A DNA stretch of 64,000 bases from an uncultured Leptospira sp. (GTDB lineage: Bacteria; Spirochaetota; UBA4802; JAGODF01). Position 1 is the first letter of the stretch. Every line of letters begins with the position of its first letter. The stretch lies in NCBI GenBank assembly GCA_964502925.1, contig CAZCYH010000017.1, positions 1,755-65,754 on the forward strand, written 5' to 3'. This document shows positions 49,956 through 61,054 of this stretch, piece after piece. Made by a program: the position numbers and the translations under genes. A model generated the notes under the pieces. That model was not told where the DNA came from. It did no database searches and saw nothing but the letters and a program-made list of their open reading frames with translations.

Positions 49956-51038
49956 TCAAAGATTTTCTTTGCCGCGATGCGCTTTCAGGAAATCTTTAAT
50001 CCTATGAATATTGTCGATGCGGGCAGGATTTTTACCGCCAATGAGTGCCAGAAAGTACGATATCCAGTCTGAAAGATACATCATGTCAATAAGCCGTTCT
50101 TTGTGAGTCTTTTTAGTGCTATGTAATTGCAAGATGGGAAGCACTTCTTTTGCCATCACTTCGCATGCCGCATCAATCTGCATACGAAGCCCAGGATTAT
50201 AGTCGGGATCGGCGAGCATCACCACGGAAAATTTGCCTCCGCTTGCTTTCAACCCTTCCCAGCCAACAATTTCATTGTGGTTTGCTTCAGACATAGCCGC
50301 ATGGAAGGCAAGCGCTTTGCTGTTTTCATTGAGCTGTGCCTTCAGGCGCATGCCCACTGCATCATTTATTCCTTCTGCTGAATACACCGCTACAATCGAG
50401 TCGCGAAGCTTTGTAGCAATATCCCATGGAGGGCCACCGTTTTGATAGATGCCGGCGCTTTCTTTCATGAGAGAAACACATGCATCAACACATGAGGATT
50501 GCGCAGGAATAAATCCAAGCGATTCCAATATCTTTAAAAGAGTAAAAAAACTCGAATACAGCGCATAGCGGGGCTGAAGGCCTGCTTCCAGGCTGAATGT
50601 CGGGATGCCCCGGTTCTCAGCAAGCTCTTGTAGTATACCTCCATTGGTGATGCACGCGATGCGGCAGTTTTTTTCATGCGCTTCCTTAAATGCCGCGACC
50701 GTCTCTTCGGTATTTCCCGAATACGAGGAAGCAATGACAAGAGTTTCTTTCCCCGCCCAGGAAGGAAGCGAATACGAACGATTCACAATGAAAGGAAGAC
50801 GCAATTCATCCCGCAAAAAATTTATTGCCAGATTGCCGCTGATGGCGGATCCCCCCATGCCACAAAAAATAATTGCATTAACGTTTTTTATGTCAAGTGC
50901 TGGAATTGTTTTTCCCCATGCGGCGAGAGCTTGCAGATGAGAATTCACGAGTATCGAAAATAGATTTTGGGGATCGCACTGTCGAACGAGATGTTGTATT
51001 GTGTCCGTCATTGCTTTTCCTGCGTGATGCGATTTCAA
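49956..51038 (-). CDS. Bifunctional phosphoglucose/phosphomannose isomerase family protein (double SIS domain).
   Basis: SIS motif FCGMGGSAISG and a second SIS-like half; 360 aa. Confidence 0.65.
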   Translation of the reverse strand: MKSHHAGKAMTDTIQHLVRQCDPQNLFSILVNSHLQALAAWGKTIPALDIKNVNAIIFCGMGGSAISGNLAINFLRDELRLPFIVNRSYSLPSWAGKETLVIASSYSGNTEETVAAFKEAHEKNCRIACITNGGILQELAENRGIPTFSLEAGLQPRYALYSSFFTLLKILESLGFIPAQSSCVDACVSLMKESAGIYQNGGPPWDIATKLRDSIVAVYSAEGINDAVGMRLKAQLNENSKALAFHAAMSEANHNEIVGWEGLKASGGKFSVVMLADPDYNPGLRMQIDAACEVMAKEVLPILQLHSTKKTHKERLIDMMYLSDWISYFLALIGGKNPARIDNIHRIKDFLKAHRGKENL

Positions 51039-51046
51039 TCAAAGAA

Positions 51047-51319
51047 TCATTCTCGAAATATCATCGTATATTTTTGATCATCATTACGTTGGATGATTAC
51101 AACACTATCAACTTCTCCGGAAAGCCTCGGGTCGGAAGCGCGAAGGGCCGGAAAATCGGCAGAGTTCAAAAAATCGCTCAAAAGCTCTATCCGGGCTTCA
51201 ATGTTTTCCAGTTTACCCTTCCCGTCGAAATACTCACCCATCAGCCGCTCGAACTCCCTTCGCGCCGCCGTTTCAACGCAATGTCCCACGCAGCGAAGGA
51301 TTACTTCTACCGCAGTCAT
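51047..51319 (-). CDS. Hypothetical protein, 90 aa.
   Basis: ORF only. It is tightly packed between rseP and the isomerase gene on the same strand. Confidence 0.35.
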   Translation of the reverse strand: MTAVEVILRCVGHCVETAARREFERLMGEYFDGKGKLENIEARIELLSDFLNSADFPALRASDPRLSGEVDSVVIIQRNDDQKYTMIFRE

Positions 51320-51320
51320 T

Positions 51321-52892
51321 TTACATGAAAAAAAGCTTCATGATATCGTTGAAAACAATGAAGACGCCCAGCGTAATGAGCAATGTCATTCCAACGTACT
51401 GAATACGCTCCATGGTTTTTTTGCTCAGAGGCTTTCTCCTTATTGCTTCAATGATAAAAATTATCACATAGCTGCCGTCAACCATGGGAATCGGCAGCAG
51501 ATTCATAATCATCAGAATAATCGAAATCTGCGCCATGAGAATGATAAACGGCGCAATACCACGATAATACGCCACATCTCCCGCAATTTTCGCTATGAAT
51601 ATCGGGCCGGAGAGGTTTTCGCGCACATTGAGTTTCCCCGTGAAAAGCATTCCCAGCCCTTTCAGGTTCATCACAATGAAGCCGTACGGCTCGGTAAAGG
51701 CGCGGATGAAGCTTTCGCCAATTTCGTAGCGCACCATCACCATCTCCTGCGCCTGCCCGGTCTCCACGCCCATAAAACCAAAGCTCGCATACGAAAAAAT
51801 TCCGCTGATCGATTCATCGCCTATTTTCAGCGTCGCGACCCGCCCCTGCGCTTTCTGCAATTCACGCACAAAGGACGGATAATCGGTCAGGCGCATATCG
51901 TCGAGAGTGACATTGCCTTTCGCTATTCCCTCCTTGATTTTCTCAAGGGTGCGCCCATCAATTTCAATATCGCCGCCCTTGCCTTTCAATCGCGCGTTCT
52001 CAACAAGCTGCACGATGATCACTTCTTTCGCCGCGGGTTCCGCCTCAAGACGCGCAATACTTCCGTTTCTTTCAACCTCAATCGCGATCCTCTGCTCTTT
52101 TTTCGCCTTCACATAGGTCACGAATTCATCCGGGATACGCACCGGCCTGTCGTCAACTTTTACGATGATATCGCCCGGCAAAAGACCCGCCTTAGCCGCG
52201 GCGCTGCCTGCAATAATCCTTGATACTCGCGCGCCTTTCACGAACGGAATCACCCCAACCGAGAATCGCCCTCGTTCGGCTTTTTCCGGAACAACGTTCA
52301 CGCTAAGTTCATCGCCGCCGCGCTTCAATCGAACAGAAAGAGGGCTTCCATCGGAAAAGAATACCGCTTTTTGAATATCGCTGAACTGATGAATGGACGC
52401 ATTGTTTATGGCAACAATCACATCGCCGCTTTGGATGCCGGCTTTCCGGGCGGGGGCGACGTAACCTGTTTTCTTCACCGAATCGAATTCATCAATGAGA
52501 TACACGCGATTGGATTCGCGCTCATAGCCGATGAGATTCATCGCGAAGAAAATAATGATGCCGAGAAAGAGATTAAATAGCGGTCCCATCACCACGGGCA
52601 CAATTCGCTTCAGCGGCGGAGCATAATAAAACTCGCCGGGTTTTCCCTCCCCTTCAGAAGGGTCTTCCCCGTAAAACTGACAATATCCACCAAACGGAAT
52701 GAGCGTCACCTGATAGGTAGTCTCCCCAATTTGCTTTTTCAGCACTCCCCTGCCATAACCGAGAGAAAAAACCTTTGCCTTAATGCCCACCATTTTCCCG
52801 CCCAGAAGATGCCCGAGCTCGTGGACAAAAATGCAGATTCCAAGAAGAATGAGTGCGCCGACGACAGTAGTGATAAGATATCCGATTGACAT
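51321..52892 (-). CDS. rseP: RIP metalloprotease RseP (site-2 protease, M50) with PDZ domains.
   Basis: HELGHLLGG zinc motif inside a TM helix, PDZ segments and a C-terminal LDG-like TM region. Start set at MSIGYL, which has a GGCGGAG ribosome-binding site. Confidence 0.85.
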   Translation of the reverse strand: MSIGYLITTVVGALILLGICIFVHELGHLLGGKMVGIKAKVFSLGYGRGVLKKQIGETTYQVTLIPFGGYCQFYGEDPSEGEGKPGEFYYAPPLKRIVPVVMGPLFNLFLGIIIFFAMNLIGYERESNRVYLIDEFDSVKKTGYVAPARKAGIQSGDVIVAINNASIHQFSDIQKAVFFSDGSPLSVRLKRGGDELSVNVVPEKAERGRFSVGVIPFVKGARVSRIIAGSAAAKAGLLPGDIIVKVDDRPVRIPDEFVTYVKAKKEQRIAIEVERNGSIARLEAEPAAKEVIIVQLVENARLKGKGGDIEIDGRTLEKIKEGIAKGNVTLDDMRLTDYPSFVRELQKAQGRVATLKIGDESISGIFSYASFGFMGVETGQAQEMVMVRYEIGESFIRAFTEPYGFIVMNLKGLGMLFTGKLNVRENLSGPIFIAKIAGDVAYYRGIAPFIILMAQISIILMIMNLLPIPMVDGSYVIIFIIEAIRRKPLSKKTMERIQYVGMTLLITLGVFIVFNDIMKLFFM

Positions 52893-53044
52893 TGAACTCC
52901 GCCTTATTATGAAAAAAATATTTGCACGTATTGAATCAGAAGGCGAGCTTGCTTTCTTATTGAGAACATGCTCCCAAAAAAAGTTACACCACAAAAAGCT
53001 AAGAAAATTGCATTGCTGTTACACACTGATGCTTGAAGCCTCAA

Positions 53045-54211
53045 TCATCGCTTGCTCAGATGCATCACCGCATGCGCGCGTTCCCTCGCCCATCTGTCTG
53101 CCGAAAAAATCTCTTCGATGCCAGGATCTTCTACCGTCGCATGTTCGTCTATGATTTTTTCAACCGTTTCTGCAATCCCCGTCAGAGGAATGTCCCCGCG
53201 TAAAAATTCGTGAACGCATTCTTCGTTTGCCGCATTCAGGACCGCAGGCGTGGTGCCTCCCCTTCTCCCGGCCCGATAGCAAAGCTTGAGAGCAGGAAAT
53301 GCTTCTTCATCATGCGCGTGGAAATGAATCGCACCCTGTTTGGCAAGATCGAGCCTTCCAAAAGGGTTTGCGCGCTTCTCGGGATAGAAGAGAGCATTAA
53401 GGATTGGAAAGGCCATGTCCGTCACTCCCATGTGCGCATATAGTGCGCCGTCAATAGTCTCAACCAATGAATGGATAATGCTTTCGGGATGTATAATCAC
53501 GCTGATATCATCATAGGAAAGGCCGAAAAGGTGATGCGCCTCGATGACTTCAAGCCCTTTGTTCATGAGCGTTGAAGAATCAATAGTAATTTTGTTTCCC
53601 ATATCCCATGTTGGATGCGCAAGCGCTTCTGCCGGCGTAATTTTTGCGAGCTCGTCTTTCTTTTTTCCTCTGAGGCTACCGCCCGATGCGGTGAGAATGA
53701 TACGGCGAACATCCCGCTTCGGCAGCATATCGAGCAGGAGGAAAATCGCGCTGTGTTCGCTATCAACAGGCAGAAGCTCAACATCGTGATCGCGCACGCG
53801 ACGCATAAATAAGTCGCCCGCCATCACAAGGGTTTCCTTATTGGCGAGTGCCAGCCGGCGCACATGCGGAAGCGCCACAAGATTTGGCCGAAGTCCCGCC
53901 GCTCCAACGATGGCCGACACGAGCACATCCACGTCGCGGCGCACAAGTTCCAGTATTCCCTCTTCGCCCTCAAAAAAGGAAACACCCGGATATCTTTTTT
54001 TGAGCTCCATATATTCCGGCGAACCATATGATTTTTCAGATGCGACCGCGACGGCTTCCGGCGAAAATTGGGCAATTTGTTCCGAAAGCTCCACAAGATT
54101 CCCCCGGCACGCGAGTCCGCGAATGGCAAATTCCCCCGGATACGCGCGAATCACCCGCAGGGTGGAAAGGCCGATTGAGCCGGTACTGCCGAGTATGGTA
54201 AGACCGCGCAT
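53045..54211 (-). CDS. dxr: 1-deoxy-D-xylulose 5-phosphate reductoisomerase.
   Basis: N-terminal LTILGSTGSIGLSTL NADPH-binding motif; 388 aa. Confidence 0.9.
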   Translation of the reverse strand: MRGLTILGSTGSIGLSTLRVIRAYPGEFAIRGLACRGNLVELSEQIAQFSPEAVAVASEKSYGSPEYMELKKRYPGVSFFEGEEGILELVRRDVDVLVSAIVGAAGLRPNLVALPHVRRLALANKETLVMAGDLFMRRVRDHDVELLPVDSEHSAIFLLLDMLPKRDVRRIILTASGGSLRGKKKDELAKITPAEALAHPTWDMGNKITIDSSTLMNKGLEVIEAHHLFGLSYDDISVIIHPESIIHSLVETIDGALYAHMGVTDMAFPILNALFYPEKRANPFGRLDLAKQGAIHFHAHDEEAFPALKLCYRAGRRGGTTPAVLNAANEECVHEFLRGDIPLTGIAETVEKIIDEHATVEDPGIEEIFSADRWARERAHAVMHLSKR

Positions 54212-54217
54212 CGCCGC

Positions 54218-55093
54218 TTACATTGCACTCCGATATATGAGGTAGTAATAGAAAAACGGCGTGGAAAGGATGAGCGCATCGAAGACATCCCACATCCCAC
54301 CGTGACCCGGGATGATGGAACCGGAATCTTTGATGGCGCTGTCGCGCTTGATGGCGGACTCCACCAGATCGCCCAGATGTCCCAGGATGCTGAAGACCAC
54401 GCCAAGAACAATCGCTTCACCGGTGGAGAAAAGTTCAACGGCGTTGGTATAAATGATAATTTTATTGCAGACCAGAATGGCAATGATGCTGAAAACAAGT
54501 CCGAAGAGATAGCCTTCATAGGATTTGTTCGGCGAAGCGGGAAAGTTCGTCTTGTGTTTTCCTAAAAACACGCCGCCAAAATATGCCGCTGCGTCATTGA
54601 TCATCACTACCGCATTGAGCACGATGAGATATTGAAAGCCATTCTGCAGCGCTTTAATGAGAATCGTATGGGAGAAGAAAAGTACGATATACAGCACACC
54701 GAATGCTGTCACCGCAAGAGAATATATTCCCCCTTTCAGAGGTTTTGCAAAGAGGCGGTAGATGAGAAGTGCCGCAATACAAACAGTGGCCAGCACAAGA
54801 AGCACCCTTGCGTCGAACATCCTCACATAGCCTGTTTTGCCAAATGCGTACAAATACATGAGGACATTAAGAAAAACAGCCGCAGCGAGGCCGAAAGCGA
54901 TATGCGGCTTTTCTTCCTCGCTTTTCCATGCCATCTGGTAGTATTCTAAAAGACAGACAAGCGTGATGATGATAGACACCAGAAGCGTCGGAAGTGCATA
55001 CAGCCTGTCCGTGTACAGAAAAATGACATAGACCGGAAGCCCCACCACCGCGCTTACGATCCTTGTGATAGTCGATTTTTTCACATCGCTCAT
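54218..55093 (-). CDS. cdsA: Phosphatidate cytidylyltransferase.
   Basis: Multi-TM protein with the C-terminal signature SAIKRDSAIKDSGSIIPGHGGMWDVFDAL. Confidence 0.85.
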   Translation of the reverse strand: MSDVKKSTITRIVSAVVGLPVYVIFLYTDRLYALPTLLVSIIITLVCLLEYYQMAWKSEEEKPHIAFGLAAAVFLNVLMYLYAFGKTGYVRMFDARVLLVLATVCIAALLIYRLFAKPLKGGIYSLAVTAFGVLYIVLFFSHTILIKALQNGFQYLIVLNAVVMINDAAAYFGGVFLGKHKTNFPASPNKSYEGYLFGLVFSIIAILVCNKIIIYTNAVELFSTGEAIVLGVVFSILGHLGDLVESAIKRDSAIKDSGSIIPGHGGMWDVFDALILSTPFFYYYLIYRSAM

Positions 55094-55806
55094 AGCCCGC
55101 CAAACCTCCTTTCCCGCTTTTGATATTCAATCAGTGCCCGATACAGATGTTTCGCCTTGAAATCGGGCCAGAGCACATCCATAAACACTATCTCGGCATA
55201 GGCAAGCCGCCAGAGCATGAAATTGCTGATGCGGTATTCGCCACTGGTTCTGATGAGGAGATCTACATCAGGGATTCTGGGATTATAGAGAAGTCCCGCC
55301 AGTTTTTTTTCCGAGAGCTTCTCTCCTGCTTTTCGTGTATCAATCCACTTGTTTACCGCATCGACAATCTCCTGGCGTCCACCGTAATTGATGCAAAAGT
55401 TCAAAGTGATGCGGCTGTTTTTCTTTGTCTGGCGTACCGCCTCCTCAATAACCCTGCGCGATGAAGCCGGAATGCCTTGAAAGCCGCCGGAAAAAAGGAC
55501 TTTCACTCCTTGCTCCTTGATTCGGTCAAGCTTCATTTCGAAAAACATCTCAAGAAGCTTCCAGAGCCCTTGCACTTCATCGCGTGGACGCGCCCAGTTT
55601 TCGGTTGAGAATGCGAAAAGCGAAAGATACCCTATTCCTGCTTTCGCCGCAGCTTCAACAACCGGCTCCACTACTTCCGCCCCGCGGCGATGGCCTTCAA
55701 TCCGCGGATAGTTTTTTCTGGCCGCCCAGCGGCCATTCCCGTCCATGATGATCGCGACATGAACCGGAACTTTTCTCGGATCTATTGATTTGATGTAATT
55801 TTCCAT
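55090..55806 (-). CDS. uppS: Isoprenyl transferase (undecaprenyl diphosphate synthase).
   Basis: HVAIIMDGNGRWA and FSTENWARP motifs. Confidence 0.9.
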   Translation of the reverse strand: MENYIKSIDPRKVPVHVAIIMDGNGRWAARKNYPRIEGHRRGAEVVEPVVEAAAKAGIGYLSLFAFSTENWARPRDEVQGLWKLLEMFFEMKLDRIKEQGVKVLFSGGFQGIPASSRRVIEEAVRQTKKNSRITLNFCINYGGRQEIVDAVNKWIDTRKAGEKLSEKKLAGLLYNPRIPDVDLLIRTSGEYRISNFMLWRLAYAEIVFMDVLWPDFKAKHLYRALIEYQKRERRFGGL

Positions 55807-55831
55807 TCAGACAACGTGTGTTACGGAATTT

Positions 55832-56395
55832 TTATACGTTCAGTATTTCCTTTTCTTTATTGTTCGTCATCGTCTGCACTTCGTCAATGAATTTATCCGT
55901 GAGCTTCTGTATCCGGGCCGCGGCGTTTTTGGAATCATCTTCGGATATTTCCTTATCTTTTTCCAACTCCTTTATCATATCATTGCCGTCGCGCCGCACA
56001 TTTCGGATTGCCACCCGGCATTCTTCCGCTTTCTGTCGCGCAAGTTTCACATATTCTTTCCGGCGCTCCTCGGTGAGTTCGGGAATCTGTATGCGGATCA
56101 GATTTCCGTCATTCGAAGGATTAACCGATAGGTCCGATTTCAATATTGCTTTTTCAATGTCGCCCAGCGTGGATCTGTCCCAGGGTTGAATCACCACAAG
56201 GCGGGGCTCGGGACAAGAAATGGTTGCAAGCTGATTAAGCGGCATCTCCGACCCATAGACATTCGCTTTTATTCCGCTGAAAAGCGCAGGATTCGCCCTT
56301 CCGGTCCTGATCGACGCAAATTCCTTTTCAAGATTTTTTACGCTCTTGAGCATCCGCTCTTCAACATCTTTTATGATATCTTCTACCATACACAA
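55832..56395 (-). CDS. frr: Ribosome recycling factor.
   Basis: 187 aa with a typical Frr sequence (FASIRTGRANPALF). Confidence 0.9.
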   Translation of the reverse strand: MCMVEDIIKDVEERMLKSVKNLEKEFASIRTGRANPALFSGIKANVYGSEMPLNQLATISCPEPRLVVIQPWDRSTLGDIEKAILKSDLSVNPSNDGNLIRIQIPELTEERRKEYVKLARQKAEECRVAIRNVRRDGNDMIKELEKDKEISEDDSKNAAARIQKLTDKFIDEVQTMTNNKEKEILNV

Positions 56396-56503
56396 ACCTC
56401 TGGATAATTATAAATGCGATCTCACATAACGTGCACGATTGCATCATCCGCGCGCATTTTCAAGCGAAATTCTCACACCATTTAACCGACACTTCCGTCA
56501 AAG

Positions 56504-57232
56504 TTATGAAATGAGCGTCCCCATCGTTTCCCCGGTCACGATCCTTTTTATGGTATTATCGCCGAATAGATTGAACACATAAATGGGCAGATTATTGTCC
56601 ATGCAGAGCGATATTGCGGTGAGGTCCATCACCCTGAGCTGCCGCCTGATAACCTCGATATACGAAATTGAATCGAGCTTGACGGCATTGCGGTCTTTTG
56701 CCGGATCGCGATCGAAGACACCATCAACCTTCGTAGCTTTCATAAGCACCTGCGCGCCAACTTCAATCGCGCGCAGGCTTGCCGCGGTATCGGTGGTAAA
56801 AAAGGGGTTCCCCGTGCCTCCCGAAAGGATGATCACTCGCCCTTTTTCAAGATGCCGTATCGCCCGGCGCCTGATATACGGCTCGGCAATGGAACGCATC
56901 TCCATTGCCGTCATCACGCGGGTTGATACAGAAAGTTTTTCGAGCGCATCCTGAATCGCGAGCGCGTTGATCACCGTAGCGAGCATTCCCATATAATCGC
57001 CGGTCACGCGATCCATGCCGAGCGCTTTACCCGTGGAACCGCGGAAGATATTGCCTCCGCCCACCACAATAGAAACCTGGACGCCCATGCCATAAACATC
57101 CGCGACCTGACGCGCGATTTCCTTGACGGTTTCGGGATTAATTCCTAAACCCTGTCCTCCCGATAGAGCTTCTCCGCTCAGCTTCAGTAAAATGCGCGAA
57201 TACCGTACGCCGCTTTGTTCACCGGCTTCCAT
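56504..57232 (-). CDS. pyrH: UMP kinase.
   Basis: [11 protein letters not shown] and [10 protein letters not shown] motifs. Confidence 0.9.
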   Translation of the reverse strand: MEAGEQSGVRYSRILLKLSGEALSGGQGLGINPETVKEIARQVADVYGMGVQVSIVVGGGNIFRGSTGKALGMDRVTGDYMGMLATVINALAIQDALEKLSVSTRVMTAMEMRSIAEPYIRRRAIRHLEKGRVIILSGGTGNPFFTTDTAASLRAIEVGAQVLMKATKVDGVFDRDPAKDRNAVKLDSISYIEVIRRQLRVMDLTAISLCMDNNLPIYVFNLFGDNTIKRIVTGETMGTLIS

Positions 57233-57233
57233 T

Positions 57234-57830
57234 TCATTTTCCTATCTGGAACCGCTCGAACCTTCCAACTGTGATATTTTCCCCGAGCGTGGCGATCTTG
57301 TTTTTAATAAGATCGTTGATCGACATTTTATTATCCTTGATAAATTCCTGGTCGAGCAGGCACACTTCGGTGAAAAACTTTTTCACTTTCCCTTCGATGA
57401 TCTTTTCCACTACGTTCGCCGGTTTGCCGCTGTCCTTCATCTGCTCGCGGTAGATTTCCTTTTCCTTTTCTATGACCTCTGCGGGGACATCTTCGCTGCT
57501 GACGTACTGGGGGCTTGCCGCCGCAATCTGCATTGCGATATCCTTCGCGAGTTCCTGAAATTCCGTATTGCGCGCCACGAAGTCGGTTTCGCAATTAAGC
57601 TCCAGAAGAACCCCGACTTTATTGTTGTTATGAATGTAGGCAGCGACAATTCCTTCTTTCGCCGATCGTGCAGACTTCTTCGCTGCTGTGGAAAGGCCTT
57701 TTTTGCGCAGATATTCAACCGCTTTCTCCATATCGCCGCCGCACTCAACCAGCGCTTTTTTACAGTCCAGCATCCCTGCAAGGGTTTTTTCCCTGAGTTC
57801 TTTGATCATATCGCTCGTTATTTCCGCCAC
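57234..57830 (-). CDS. tsf: Elongation factor Ts.
   Basis: N-terminal [27 protein letters not shown]-like signature. Confidence 0.9.
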   Translation of the reverse strand: MAEITSDMIKELREKTLAGMLDCKKALVECGGDMEKAVEYLRKKGLSTAAKKSARSAKEGIVAAYIHNNNKVGVLLELNCETDFVARNTEFQELAKDIAMQIAAASPQYVSSEDVPAEVIEKEKEIYREQMKDSGKPANVVEKIIEGKVKKFFTEVCLLDQEFIKDNKMSINDLIKNKIATLGENITVGRFERFQIGK

Positions 57831-58006
57831 GGTATTGCTCCTTTTTATGCAAAATTAATATTCCGAAACGCCGGGTCATACATACCTCCGCGCACAATCG
57901 CGCCACCCGGAAAGTGATGCCTCATTTCCGACGAACTCTACTGCGCTTTGTTCGGGCAAACAGCTTTTACGCCTTCAGCCGATCACCTTTTGCGGAAGTG
58001 AAAAAC

Positions 58007-58855
58007 TTAGCGCGGATCCTCTTCTTCCATGTCGCCGTATTCTTCCTGATATTTTTCCCGGTAGTTTTCCTTGGCTTCGAGTTCGCTCTGGATCTCAGAG
58101 GCTTCTTTGGGAACTTCGTCGCCCTGAAGCATCTCATCACCCTCTTCGAGCACCACTCCTTCGCCGGCCTGACCGCCCGATTTGCCTTCTATGATCGCGC
58201 GCGCCATCACATCCAGAAAAAGCGCGATTGCGCGAATGGCATCATCGTTTCCGGGAATCGGATAATCGATATCGTCCGGATTGCAGTTGGTATCCACTAC
58301 CGCGAAAATGGGAATGCGAAGTTTCCGGGCTTCCCTGACCGCGATTTCCTCCCTCTTGGGGTCAATCACAAACAGCGCGTCGGGAAGCTTGTTCATGTCT
58401 TTGATGCCATCGAGGACTTTCTTTTTGCGCGCAAGTTCCCGGCGCAGATCTAAAATCTCCTTTTTCGTTTCGGCATCCCACAGCCCTGTTTCCTCCATCT
58501 TTTCAAGCTCTTTCAGCCTCTGAATGGATTTCCCGACGGTATGGAAGTTCGTGAGAAGTCCTCCCAGCCAGCGTTCGGATACATAAAACATCCCGCACTG
58601 CTTGGCGTACTCCACTACCGCGGCCTGCGCCTGTTTTTTAGTCCCCACGAAGAGCACCTTGCCGCCCGCCGCGGCGACGTCTTTCATGGCGTTATAGGCG
58701 ACCTTCAATCGCTGCATCGTCTTCTGAAGGTCGATGATGTGGATGCCGTTGCGCGCAGTGAAAATAAACTGCGACATCCTCGGATTCCAGCGGCGTGTCT
58801 GATGTCCAAAATGGACTCCCGATTCCAATAAAGCTTTCATCGATACTACTGACAA
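58007..58855 (-). CDS. rpsB: 30S ribosomal protein S2, probably starting at a TTG codon.
   Basis: [25 protein letters not shown]. An AGGAGGT ribosome-binding site sits 7 nt upstream of TTG at 58855; the longer upstream extension in the ORF track was rejected. Confidence 0.9.
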   Translation of the reverse strand: MSVVSMKALLESGVHFGHQTRRWNPRMSQFIFTARNGIHIIDLQKTMQRLKVAYNAMKDVAAAGGKVLFVGTKKQAQAAVVEYAKQCGMFYVSERWLGGLLTNFHTVGKSIQRLKELEKMEETGLWDAETKKEILDLRRELARKKKVLDGIKDMNKLPDALFVIDPKREEIAVREARKLRIPIFAVVDTNCNPDDIDYPIPGNDDAIRAIALFLDVMARAIIEGKSGGQAGEGVVLEEGDEMLQGDEVPKEASEIQSELEAKENYREKYQEEYGDMEEEDPR

Positions 58856-59212
58856 GAAGGTACCTCCTAAAAAAAATCTAAAAGGGAATGCGGCATCAGT
58901 GCCGATATCCCATTTCATGCATCACATCGCACGAGGCAGCTGCCGGTACAAACACGCAGAAGTTTTTCTGGCCAAAAAACGCACCAGCCCTCCCGCGGCA
59001 TTGCCGGCAACAATCTCATCAAAATCAAACAGCGGACTTATCGCATTCATCCACTGGCTAATTATCACAGCACAATATCCAAGCCCTTAAAACCAATGTA
59101 CATGAACACCACATCTTCGGAAGGCGGCAATCGGACAAATCCGATTTAAATTTTTACGCATCCACTTACGGGGCATGCCCCCGGAATGCGCGTGATGGCC
59201 GCGAGCGCGGCG

Positions 59213-59449
59213 TTACGCTTTCCTGAAAAAAAGTATTCCCGCAACCATTCCCGCAAGCGTCCCTGCATTTATCTTGATGCTGAACGCCAGCACTTCAAGA
59301 TTGAAGCCCACGGGCGCGGTGAGATTTTCCTTGATGATCGAAAGAGCGGGAAACAGTTTCGCCAGTAGCACTGCCAGCGCTGAACCCAGCAAGCCCCCTA
59401 CTACCATAAAAGCTAAAAAATATCCAATATGTGCTCTTTCAAATGTCAT
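59213..59449 (-). CDS. Small 2-TM membrane protein (DUF4321-like), start chosen at MTFERAH.
   Basis: Hydrophobic C-terminal part of the ORF. No clear ribosome-binding site; low confidence. Confidence 0.3.
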   Translation of the reverse strand: MTFERAHIGYFLAFMVVGGLLGSALAVLLAKLFPALSIIKENLTAPVGFNLEVLAFSIKINAGTLAGMVAGILFFRKA

Positions 59450-59641
59450 CGATACCGCGAAAACCTTATGCCACAAAGACCAAAAGGTCATATTTGTCAA
59501 GCGGAAATGGATTAGAATATTAAAGGCAAATCGATAATATATACATTTGGATATTCCAAAATAACAGTTGCCATCTTTTCTTTTGCCAAAAGAATTGGCA
59601 GCTAAAGGATCGGTCAATCCAACAGACATATCATTATCATC

Positions 59642-61018
59642 ATGAATGACAAGCCGCATACATTTATGATCACTCAAGATCTGTTCGATGAAATGCTTCG
59701 CCATTTTAAAGCGCTCCTGCAATTTGATACCACTAATCCGCCCGGCAACGAAACTCCTGCCGCCCACTATATTGCTTCGGTTTTGCAGAGCGAGGGAATA
59801 GAATGCAATCTGGTCGAACCGATTCCCGGCAGAGCCAGCCTCATCGCCCGCTTGAGGGGCAACGGTTTAAAGCGCCCTCTCCTTTTGATGTCCCACCTAG
59901 ATGTCGTTATTGCGGAAAAAGATAAATGGGAGCATCCTCCTTTTTCAGCATACGAGGAGGATGGTTATATCTGGGGAAGGGGCACACTCGACTGCAAAAA
60001 TACCGTGGTTCTGTGGATGACAATCCTCATCGCGCTGAAGCGCTCAAAAGCGGTACTTGACTGTGATGTTATTTTCTTAGCTGCAGCAGATGAAGAAGAA
60101 GGAGGACAATACGGCACGGGATGGATCGCCAACACGCAACCCGAACTTATAGAAGCGGAAGCCGCACTTAACGAGGGAGGTGGAATGCCTCTCGGAATTT
60201 TCGGCAGAACATTTTACACCTACCAGACAGGCGAAAAAGGAAACCTCTGGCTGAAAATAACCACACGGGGCATAGCAGGTCACGGTTCGGTACCGCGTGC
60301 CGATAGTGCCGTAGAACAGCTCCTCGATCTGATTACATCGATCAAACGAATGTCCGAAAAGGTTGCGCCGCCTGCAACCATGCGCGCCATGATACAAACC
60401 ATAGCAGCTCACTCAAACTTCCCCACAAATATCATAATCCGCTGCATCCTCAATCCATTGCTCTCGAATTTCTTAATTCGCAAAGGCCTTGGTTCTTCAG
60501 ATTGGTCTGATATAATGAAAGCACTGATGAACAACACGGTAGCAACAACAGTTCTCAAAGCTGGACATAAGACGAATGTGATACCATCGGAAGCATCGGC
60601 TGAACTTGACATACGCGTGCTTCCAGGTGTGGACGTAAAAAGCTATCTTGATAAAATACTGGAGATTGCCGGTCCTGAAACCGAAGTTGAAGTTCTGGAC
60701 ATACAGCCTCCTTCGGAATCTCCCGTCAACCACGAACTCGCAACATCTATTCGTCGAGTGCTTCATCGGCACCATCCTGGAGCGCCGGTTTTACCTATCA
60801 TGATGCCAGCCGTATCGGATGGCGGATATCTGCGGAGACTTAATACCGTTGTCTATGGTTTTTCCCCGCTTCTTCCAGGTGAAGCGGCAGAACGAATTCA
60901 CGGGCATAACGAACGCATTTCCATTGCCAGCCTTTACTACAGCCTTAAAATCGCATTTGAAGTTGTTGCCGATTTCGCCGCTCCTACTCTTAACGATTTC
61001 TTCATGATTGCTTTATGA
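59642..61018 (+). CDS. M20 family metallopeptidase (ArgE/DapE/CPG2-like).
   Basis: MSHLDVV and AADEEEGG metal-binding motifs, plus GHNERI in the C-terminal part. Confidence 0.8.
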   Translation: MNDKPHTFMITQDLFDEMLRHFKALLQFDTTNPPGNETPAAHYIASVLQSEGIECNLVEPIPGRASLIARLRGNGLKRPLLLMSHLDVVIAEKDKWEHPPFSAYEEDGYIWGRGTLDCKNTVVLWMTILIALKRSKAVLDCDVIFLAAADEEEGGQYGTGWIANTQPELIEAEAALNEGGGMPLGIFGRTFYTYQTGEKGNLWLKITTRGIAGHGSVPRADSAVEQLLDLITSIKRMSEKVAPPATMRAMIQTIAAHSNFPTNIIIRCILNPLLSNFLIRKGLGSSDWSDIMKALMNNTVATTVLKAGHKTNVIPSEASAELDIRVLPGVDVKSYLDKILEIAGPETEVEVLDIQPPSESPVNHELATSIRRVLHRHHPGAPVLPIMMPAVSDGGYLRRLNTVVYGFSPLLPGEAAERIHGHNERISIASLYYSLKIAFEVVADFAAPTLNDFFMIAL

Positions 61019-61054
61019 AAATTTGGTTTCACGCTAATAATTTTCAATTAGCAT

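Noticed and set aside
58856-58918. The long N-terminal extension ([11 protein letters not shown]...) of the rpsB ORF.
   Set aside because: S2 proteins begin M-x-V-S-M-K-x-L-L. A TTG with a perfect ribosome-binding site sits exactly there, and the extension has no homology.
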